Shown here: in pieces, positions 56,968-64,000 of the stretch
How the letters are laid out: each line of letters opens with the position of its first letter
How positions within the stretch are numbered: position 1 is the first letter of the stretch
Assembly (NCBI GenBank): GCA_963422395.1
Contig: OY729431.1
Location: 1,344,001 to 1,408,000, forward strand
DNA from: Vicinamibacteria bacterium
Lineage (GTDB): Bacteria; Acidobacteriota; Vicinamibacteria; Marinacidobacterales; Marinacidobacteraceae
Length of the DNA: 64,000 nucleotides
Direction: 5' to 3'
The notes under the pieces: generated by a model
Told to the model about the DNA's origin: nothing
Databases searched by the model: none
What the model saw: the letters and a program-made list of their open reading frames with translations, nothing else
Translations under genes and position numbers: made by a program

Positions 56968-58593
56968 GTGAATCGGGAACTCATCGTCAGTACTCTGCCC
57001 GGACAGACCCGGATGGCGCTCGTCGAAGACGGCGAGATCGTGGAACTCGGGGTGGAGCAACGCGCCGAACAGAGCGTTCTGCACGGCATCTACCGCGCCC
57101 GGGTGCAGCGCCTGGTCCCGGGCACCCAGGCCGCCTTCCTGGATCTCGGCATGCCTCGGAACGCGTTCTTGCAGATCGATCAGATCCCTGCGGGCGCCCT
57201 CGAGCTGGCTTCCGGACTCGCTGGTGACGGTGATCCGCGGAAGCCCCAGGGTCCGGAAGCGGCCGGAACAGCGGAGGGTCGAGAGAAAACGAGCCTGCGC
57301 GGACATCGGATCGAAGACTTGCTGCGCCCCGGACAGACGGTCCTGGTGCAGGTCATTCGGGAACCACTGGGCCTGAAAGGGTGGAAGGTCAGTTGTGATC
57401 TGAAACTCCAGGGGCGCTTTTTCGACTTTCGTCCTCTGATACCGACCGAGATCATCGTTTCGCGGGCGACCTCGGGGCTCCGCGAGCAGCTGCGTCTCGC
57501 CGCGCTCGTCGAGCGAAAAACCACGCTCAAGGGGGAATGGTCGGCTCGACCGACCGCGGAGCAGCGAGACGAGGAAACGCTCACCGCCGACATCACCCGT
57601 CTGGAAGCCGACTGGACGGAGGTCGCCCGGGAGGGGAACTCCGGCCCCCCGACCTGCCTGCGTGCCGAGATCCCCATGGTTTTCCGCGTTGTCCGCGATG
57701 TGCTGTCCTCGGGCTTCAGCGCGATCCGGGTGGATTCCGAGGAGCTCTACGGGCGGCTCGTGAATTTCATCCGTCAGTTCCTTCCCGGGATGGAGCACCG
57801 GATCCGGCACTACTCGAAGAACTATCCGATCTTCGACGAGTACGGAGCCGGGGCGGCGTTCGATCAGGCCACCCGCCGCCGCGTCAAACTCCCTTCGGGG
57901 GGAAGCATCGTCATCGACCAGACCGAAGCGTTGGTCGCCGTGGATGTGAATAGCGGCAGCTTCGGTGGAGATGGCGGCGAGCGCGACGAAAACAGCACTC
58001 TCACGAACCTCGAAGCGGCCGCGGAAGTCGTTCGCCAGCTGCGGCTGCGCGGTCTCGGCGGAATCATCGTGGTCGATTTCATCGACATGAAGGAAGGGCG
58101 GAACCGCGACCGGGTTTTCCGCGCGCTTCGGGAGCAGCTGCGGAAGGATCCCGCCTTCACCCGGGTATCCCCGCCGGAACCGCGCGCCGGACTCGTCGTG
58201 ATCACGAGGCAGCGGGAGCGCCCGGCGCTCGACACCGGACTTCTCGCCTCGTGCCCCGCCTGCCGCGGATTCGGCAAGGTTCCTTCGCTCGGCGCGGTCT
58301 GTCAGGAAATCCTGACCCGGGCACAGAAGAAGGCCGGAGAATTTTCTTCGGGACTCCTGGTCCGCGCGGCGCCGGAAGTGGCAGCTGCCCTTCGTCGCTC
58401 GGCGGTGCTCCCCGAGGTGCGGCAGGTCATCGGCGGAGAGGTTCGGATCGAGGACGCTCCGACACTCCCAGAGCCGCAGTTCCGCTTGTTGCCCGGCGAT
58501 ACGGAAGCAGCGGCCCCGGGTCTCCACCCGACGCCAGATCCGTCCGTCGGGCTCTCGCCCCAGCCTTCGCCAGCCGTCCCGCCTTCCGCCTGA
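56968..58593 (+). CDS. rng: Rne/Rng family ribonuclease
   Basis: S1 region QAAFLDLG, DVNSG, TNLEAA, GIIVVDFIDM, CPAC. Confidence 0.9.
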   Translation: MNRELIVSTLPGQTRMALVEDGEIVELGVEQRAEQSVLHGIYRARVQRLVPGTQAAFLDLGMPRNAFLQIDQIPAGALELASGLAGDGDPRKPQGPEAAGTAEGREKTSLRGHRIEDLLRPGQTVLVQVIREPLGLKGWKVSCDLKLQGRFFDFRPLIPTEIIVSRATSGLREQLRLAALVERKTTLKGEWSARPTAEQRDEETLTADITRLEADWTEVAREGNSGPPTCLRAEIPMVFRVVRDVLSSGFSAIRVDSEELYGRLVNFIRQFLPGMEHRIRHYSKNYPIFDEYGAGAAFDQATRRRVKLPSGGSIVIDQTEALVAVDVNSGSFGGDGGERDENSTLTNLEAAAEVVRQLRLRGLGGIIVVDFIDMKEGRNRDRVFRALREQLRKDPAFTRVSPPEPRAGLVVITRQRERPALDTGLLASCPACRGFGKVPSLGAVCQEILTRAQKKAGEFSSGLLVRAAPEVAAALRRSAVLPEVRQVIGGEVRIEDAPTLPEPQFRLLPGDTEAAAPGLHPTPDPSVGLSPQPSPAVPPSA

Positions 58594-58612
58594 GACCGCT
58601 GCGGGATTCCCC

Positions 58613-59047
58613 TTGACCGTCCGCCTCGATGTCGAAACGCGGATCGAGTGGGTCGAGGTCCTGCTCGGCGTGTTCGAGCGCCGCTGCCTGCAGTGCGGCC
58701 ACGACCCCGACGCCGTCCACTGGATGGGGGCCGCGGTGCGCGAGGCGGTGACCAACGGAATGCGGCACGGCAACCGGATGGACCCGGCCCGACGGCTCCG
58801 CGTCGCGATCGAAACCCGGCATCCCGGGAACGGCGAACCCGCGGTGGAAGTAGCGGTCGAAGACGAAGGCGAGGGCTTCGACGATGCTTCGGTGCCCGAC
58901 CCGCTGCTCGAGGACAACCTCCTGAAAGACAGCGGCCGCGGCATCTTCTTCATGCGTCGATTCATGGACCGGGTCACCTGGACCCGGGCGCCCGGAGGCG
59001 GAACCCGAGTGCTGCTCGAACAGCGGCGAGTATCGCCGGCTTCGTGA
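58613..59047 (+). CDS. RsbW-like anti-sigma factor / serine kinase (HATPase)
   Basis: EAVTNGMRHGN, DEGEGFD, SGRGIFFMRRFMD. Confidence 0.9.
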   Translation: MTVRLDVETRIEWVEVLLGVFERRCLQCGHDPDAVHWMGAAVREAVTNGMRHGNRMDPARRLRVAIETRHPGNGEPAVEVAVEDEGEGFDDASVPDPLLEDNLLKDSGRGIFFMRRFMDRVTWTRAPGGGTRVLLEQRRVSPAS

Positions 59048-59868
59048 AGACTCCCGCCGGTCGGGCGTGCGTCGGGGCCGCCGAGGCGGGGGCGGAGGTC
59101 GTTCGCGAGGCCCACACCGCCCGGCAGTCGAGGACTTTCGCGGTGGATCTCAAGGGGCCCATCGACCTGGTGACCGAGGTGGACCGTGCCGCCGAGGATG
59201 CCGTCGTGGAGCAGTTGCGGAAATTCTTTCCCGAAGTGCCCATCCTGGCCGAAGAGCGCGGCCTCCTGGGCGGTTCTCGCACCGACTGCCGCTTCCTCGT
59301 GGACCCCCTCGACGGCACGACGAATTTCGCCCACGGGTTCCCGGTCTTCGCCGTGTCGGTGGCTTACGAAGAAGAGGGAGAAGTCATCGCCGGCGCAGTG
59401 CTCGATCCGGTGCGGAACGAACTCTTCGCTGCCGAGCGCGGGGAGGGCGCGATGCTCGACGGTGCTCCGATCCGGGTTTCCCCGACTGCCGATTTCCAAA
59501 GCGCGCTCCTCGCTACCGGGTTTCCGTACTCGAGGGAAGCGATGGACCGCGCACTCGCGCTGTTCTGCCGGATCATGCGCAACGCGCGGTCGGTCCGACG
59601 CGCTGGATCGGCGGCGCTCGATCTCTGCGCGGTGGCGGCCGGCCGGCTCGACGGATTCTGGGAAGAAACGCTCCGGGCGTGGGATACCGCCGCCGGCGAA
59701 CTCATCGTGCGCGAAGCGGGAGGCCGGGTGACCGACTTCGTCGGCGACCCTTTCGTGAACGGCGGGCCGAACATCGCGGTGTCGAACGGCCGCCTCCACA
59801 GCGCGCTTCTCGACATGCTGTCTAGTGCGCGCGTCCCTTCTCCGATTTCTCAGCAGCCTGTGGGATGA
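59044..59868 (+). CDS. suhB: Inositol monophosphatase family protein
   Basis: DLVTEVD, VDPLDGTTNFAHG, RRAGSAALDL, WDTAAG. Confidence 0.94.
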   Translation: MKTPAGRACVGAAEAGAEVVREAHTARQSRTFAVDLKGPIDLVTEVDRAAEDAVVEQLRKFFPEVPILAEERGLLGGSRTDCRFLVDPLDGTTNFAHGFPVFAVSVAYEEEGEVIAGAVLDPVRNELFAAERGEGAMLDGAPIRVSPTADFQSALLATGFPYSREAMDRALALFCRIMRNARSVRRAGSAALDLCAVAAGRLDGFWEETLRAWDTAAGELIVREAGGRVTDFVGDPFVNGGPNIAVSNGRLHSALLDMLSSARVPSPISQQPVG

Positions 59869-60011
59869 AGCGGCGCGCGCCGCCGCCGGGCGAGGATCTC
59901 TCTTCTCCCTCCACGAGACGACAACGAGCCTGAAGAAAGCTCGGGGGATTGCGAAGGGATTCGGTCTTCGGCCCGGGGCTGCTGCCTGTGAAGTCTGTGT
60001 CTTCCCGAGGC

Positions 60012-60785
60012 TCAGAAGCGGAAGCGAACGCCGAAGAGGGCGCCCGACCGCCCCAGGGTCAGGTCGCCGAATCCCTTGAAGCCGTCCTGATGTTCTCCGG
60101 CTGACCGGGCATAGCGGAACTCGCCGAAGAGTTCCAGCCTTTGCCCGTCGGGCCGGCGAACGATCGCGAAATCGGCGCCCCCTCCGGCGAAGAACCCGGG
60201 CAGGAACGATCTTTCCTGGAACTCGTCGTAGAAGATGTCGCTGGTTTCGAAATCCACGAACTCGCCGACTTCCGAATACTCATAGAGCGCTCCCGAAAAC
60301 CCCGCCAGCAGATACGGGCGAAAGAGCGCCGAAGCCGGCGCGAGCCCGATCCGGACGCCGAGAGTCAGATCTTGGAGCGTGAGGCTCGCGTCGTGTTCGA
60401 TTTCGGAACCGTCCTCGTACGTGAGGTCGAGGTACGAAGCGGTCGTGTCTGCGTTCCCCGACTCGTAACCGAGCAGGATGTCCACTTGGGGAACGACTGC
60501 GTAGTGGAATTCGATTCCGTAGCGGGCAGCGAGGAAATCGCGGGCGGTGGTCCCGAAATCGTATTCGTTGTCATCGAACAGCGGGCTCTGGATGTGGAGT
60601 GCCCGATAGCCGGTGTGGAACGAGATGCCCCATCGGGGAGTGGAGGCGCGGCTCGATGAGCGGTCGGGATATCCGCCGCGGCGGGGGGGCTGTCCCGCGG
60701 CCTCGGAGGCCTGGACTGCGGCTGCCGGCAGGAGCGCCAGCAGGACGAGGAAGAGGCGGAGAGTGCGCGGCAGGTCGAAGAGCAT
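60012..60785 (-). CDS. Outer membrane beta-barrel protein
   Basis: Signal peptide, alternating amphipathic beta strands, C-terminal GVRFRF. Confidence 0.8.
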   Translation of the reverse strand: MLFDLPRTLRLFLVLLALLPAAAVQASEAAGQPPRRGGYPDRSSSRASTPRWGISFHTGYRALHIQSPLFDDNEYDFGTTARDFLAARYGIEFHYAVVPQVDILLGYESGNADTTASYLDLTYEDGSEIEHDASLTLQDLTLGVRIGLAPASALFRPYLLAGFSGALYEYSEVGEFVDFETSDIFYDEFQERSFLPGFFAGGGADFAIVRRPDGQRLELFGEFRYARSAGEHQDGFKGFGDLTLGRSGALFGVRFRF

Positions 60786-60988
60786 GAGTCGTTGTCCTTT
60801 GGAGTCGGTTTGCGTTGGGATCGGAGTTGCTTCTTGAGAGCGCGTTTCGCGATGCCTGTCGTGATTCCGGTGTGATGCCGCAATGAGCGTGCCACGCAAT
60901 GCGCCGAGGGAGGGAACGATACCGCTGGGACCCGCGTTATATTCGTGTCGTTCCCACCGGGCGGTGTCTTGTCCAGGAGGCGTTTTCC

Positions 60989-62542
60989 ATGTTTCGATTC
61001 GTGCTCGCCGGGGCTTTTCTTCTGGCGATGATTCCGGTCTCGAGCTGTCTTTTCGAGGATGGGGATGGAAGGTACTCGCTGGCCGCCCTGGCGGCGGCGG
61101 CAGACGGTCAGGAAGAAGCGCCGGAAAGTGCCGAAGGGGCAGGGGAACGGGGCTCGCGTTTCCAGCACCTCGGCGACATCCGGAGTTCTCGGCAGACCCC
61201 TGCGGCCGATCGCACCGCGCCCGCCTGGACGCTTTCCGACGCCTTCGCCGAAGTGGCCCGGGTGGCGACTCCGGCGGTGGTCAGCTTGCTGGTGGACCAT
61301 GAGGGCAGCGGTCAGGACGGAAGCCCCTTCGATCCGTTTTTCGGTGTGCCGCAGCCGGGGCCGCGGCAGGGGCGCGGTTCCGGGGCCATCGTGGACCCGA
61401 GCGGTCTCGTCATCACCAACTACCATGTGGTCGAGAACGCCTCCAGAATTCAGGTGCGGCTGGCGGACGACCGAGAATTCGAAGCATCGGCGATCGGAAC
61501 CGACCCTCCCACCGATCTCGCAGTGCTTCGTCTGGATGCCGCTGGGGAGGCGTTTCCGCACCTCGGCGTTGGAGATTCCAACGAGGTGCGGGTTGGGGAT
61601 TGGGTTCTCGCGATCGGAAATCCGCTCGGGAACAGCCACAGCGTGACCGCGGGCATCGTGAGCGCCAAGGGCCGCGTGCTCGGGGGCGATTACCAGGACT
61701 ACATCCAGACGGACGCCGCCATCAATCCCGGGAATTCGGGCGGGCCACTCCTGAGCCTCGACGGACATCTGGTCGGCGTGAACACCGTGATCCAGGTCGC
61801 CGGAACGCCGGGAAACATCGGCCTCGGCTTCGCGATCCCCTCGAATCTGGTCCGGCGGGTCTACGACCAGTTGGCCTCCGAGGGGGAAGTGACCCGAGGG
61901 TGGCTGGGGGTAGCCGTCCAGGCGGTGGATCCGGAGGTCGCCGCGGCGTTCGATCTGAGTGAGGATCAGCGGGGCGCGATGATCACCGATTATTCGGGAG
62001 CCGACTCGCCGGCGCGGCAGGCGGGTCTCCGGTCCGGCGATGTGATCGTCCGTTTCAACGGCCGCGTCATCGAAGACAGCACCGATCTACAGTTCGCAGT
62101 CGCCGACGCCCGGCCCGGTGAACGATCCGAGATCGAATTCCTGCGCGACGGGGAACGGAGGACCGCAGAAGTGGTCCTCGCTCAGCGTGATTTCGAAGAA
62201 GCGGCGCCGCTCGCCGAGGCGAACCCACCGGAATCGGGGGCACCGGGCCGCTTGGGCATCGTGGGCGAAACGCTGACTCCGGAACTTGCCGAACGCCTGG
62301 GCTCCGACTTCGAGGGCGTATTGATCCGGGGCGTGACCACTGGCGGCGCGGCGCATCGGGCCGGACTCCAGCGCGGCCAGATCATCCTCGAAGTGGACGG
62401 TCGTCCGGTCCGGAGCACCGCAGACCTCGGTCGCGCCCTCTCCGAGGTCGAGGCCGGCGAGCCCTTTCCGATCTGGGTGGCGCAGCCGTCCGCACCCGGC
62501 GCTTGGCAACGGACCTTCGTCATCGTCGAAGCGCCCGAATAG
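60989..62542 (+). CDS. degP: DegP/HtrA (Do family) serine protease with two PDZ domains
   Basis: GGAGG RBS; TNYHVV, DLAVL, QTDAAINPGNSGGP; 2 PDZ domains. Confidence 0.94.
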   Translation: MFRFVLAGAFLLAMIPVSSCLFEDGDGRYSLAALAAAADGQEEAPESAEGAGERGSRFQHLGDIRSSRQTPAADRTAPAWTLSDAFAEVARVATPAVVSLLVDHEGSGQDGSPFDPFFGVPQPGPRQGRGSGAIVDPSGLVITNYHVVENASRIQVRLADDREFEASAIGTDPPTDLAVLRLDAAGEAFPHLGVGDSNEVRVGDWVLAIGNPLGNSHSVTAGIVSAKGRVLGGDYQDYIQTDAAINPGNSGGPLLSLDGHLVGVNTVIQVAGTPGNIGLGFAIPSNLVRRVYDQLASEGEVTRGWLGVAVQAVDPEVAAAFDLSEDQRGAMITDYSGADSPARQAGLRSGDVIVRFNGRVIEDSTDLQFAVADARPGERSEIEFLRDGERRTAEVVLAQRDFEEAAPLAEANPPESGAPGRLGIVGETLTPELAERLGSDFEGVLIRGVTTGGAAHRAGLQRGQIILEVDGRPVRSTADLGRALSEVEAGEPFPIWVAQPSAPGAWQRTFVIVEAPE

Positions 62543-62754
62543 CGGACGGAGCCTCCGGAGCAGCGGCGATCGGCACCGGGCGGCGATTGGGGGTGCCGCC
62601 GGTGTTCCGGGTGCGATCGCCGTACTTCCAGTAGTCTCCCTGTAGCCCTGCGCCCGACGCGAGCTTCCAGGGTGTCTGATCACTCGTCCCATTCGAAACG
62701 GAAGCCTGGGTTGCCGTTTCCAGCGTCGCAGCGGACGCTTTCCTCGAATCTCTG

Positions 62755-63924
62755 ATGATCGGGCCGGGCGTTCGCAGCCGCAGACGATCCTTCCGCGACG
62801 CTCCGCGCATCTTTACGCTGTTCGCCCTCTTCATCCTCTTTCTCGGAGCGATCGACGGGCTCAGCGAGGGGTTCCAGGGGCTCGGGTCCGGCCTTCTCCA
62901 CCGGTTCTTCGATGCCTCGAAAAATCCCCTCGTGGGGTTGCTGATCGGGATGCTCGCCACCACTCTGGTCCAGAGCTCTTCGGTCACCAGCGCCCTGATC
63001 GTGGGGCTCGTCGCCGCCCCGGAATCGCCGCTCCCCTTCGCGAGCGCGATCCCGATGGTGATGGGAGCGAATGTGGGCACCACGGTGACGAACACGCTCG
63101 CCGCCCTCGGCCACCTCCGAGACCGCGAGGAGCTGCGGCGCGCCTTCTCGGTTGCGACCTGCCACGACATGTTCAACCTGTTGGTGGTCGTGATTCTCCT
63201 GCCGGTCGAGATGCTCACCGGGGCGTTGGCGCGCGTCTCGACCCTCGTCGCCGGGCTCTTCGGAGGGTTGGCTGGTTTCGGATTCGACTACGACAGTCCG
63301 CTGAAGGCCATCATCCAGATCGTCCCGACCCCGATCGAATGGGTCGCGGGAAAGATCACTGGGTCCGACGAAGCCGCCGCCGCCATCCTCGCAGCGGCCT
63401 CGGCCGCACTCCTCGTGACCGCTCTCGGGCTGCTGGTGCGCACTCTCCGGAATCTCGCCAGCGGACGCGCCGAGGCAGCTGTCCACCGGGTGCTCGGGCG
63501 CAGCGCCGTCGTCGCGATGGGAGTGGGCGCCGTCGCCACCATTCTCGTCCAATCCAGTTCGGTCACCACTTCGATGCTCGTCCCGCTCGCCGGCGCCGGA
63601 TTGCTGCTTCTCGACGATGCTTTCCCGGTGACTCTCGGAGCCAATGTCGGGACCACGGTGACCGCCTTCCTCGCTGCCCTCGCCGTGTCGGGCCCGAACG
63701 CCCATTGGGGCTTTCAGCTGGCGGTGGTCCACCTCCTCTTCAACCTCATCGGGATCGGCCTCATCTACCCGGTGCGGTGGATCCGGGAGATTCCGCTCGC
63801 GGCAGCGCGGCGTCTCTCCGGGGTCGCCGTTCGGAGCCGGGCGGCGGCTCTCGGATATGTCCTGGGGGGCTTTTACGGGGTACCGGCGCTCCTCCTGTTG
63901 ATCGGCCGCGCGCTCGGCTACTGA
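62755..63924 (+). CDS. Na+/Pi cotransporter (NptA/SLC34-like)
   Basis: Duplicated LVQSSSVT and GANVGTTVT motifs. Confidence 0.92.
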   Translation: MIGPGVRSRRRSFRDAPRIFTLFALFILFLGAIDGLSEGFQGLGSGLLHRFFDASKNPLVGLLIGMLATTLVQSSSVTSALIVGLVAAPESPLPFASAIPMVMGANVGTTVTNTLAALGHLRDREELRRAFSVATCHDMFNLLVVVILLPVEMLTGALARVSTLVAGLFGGLAGFGFDYDSPLKAIIQIVPTPIEWVAGKITGSDEAAAAILAAASAALLVTALGLLVRTLRNLASGRAEAAVHRVLGRSAVVAMGVGAVATILVQSSSVTTSMLVPLAGAGLLLLDDAFPVTLGANVGTTVTAFLAALAVSGPNAHWGFQLAVVHLLFNLIGIGLIYPVRWIREIPLAAARRLSGVAVRSRAAALGYVLGGFYGVPALLLLIGRALGY

Positions 63925-64000
63925 GCCCGGCAGCGAGGTGAGGTCAGCCGGTGCAGGAGCCGCGGACGGCACCTCGCCCCCCTCGCCGGGGTCGAGGCCG

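Noticed and set aside
48685-59047. STAS and RsbW-like genes flanking the mre cluster as a dedicated shape regulator
   Set aside because: About 10 kb apart on opposite strands; both families are common and nothing in the sequence links them.

Overview
High-GC bacterial DNA, probably Acidobacteriota (inferred from the Acidobacteria-type VWA proteins and the many secreted peptidases and TPR proteins). About 45 genes; no rRNA, tRNA or CRISPR array was seen. Main blocks in order: an S9 peptidase; a complete type I Zorya anti-phage operon (zorA-zorB-zorC-zorD, minus strand, 3124-10645) in which zorC and zorD form one 1638-aa ORF, apparently through a frameshift near 6618; GGT, LVIVD and TPR genes; a MoxR/DUF58/BatA-E operon; a Tat-exported M20 hydrolase; two TPR+VWA gene pairs around fabF-osmC; radical SAM, M48 and DmpA genes; a frameshifted NYN ribonuclease with its own sigma70 promoter and a strongly structured ~100-nt leader RNA; a B12/2x[4Fe-4S] reductive-dehalogenase-like gene; an ECF sigma operon; an orphan DNA methyltransferase; an ActP-like symporter; moeA-moaC-larE-MBL; ppiD; mreBCD-mrdA-rodA-rng; rsbW-like, suhB, an outer-membrane barrel, degP and a Na/Pi transporter. 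A small MITE family is scattered at gene ends. The best candidates for new biology are the NYN nuclease with its structured leader RNA and the ZorC-ZorD fusion. All calls come from reading motifs by eye; no database searches were run.
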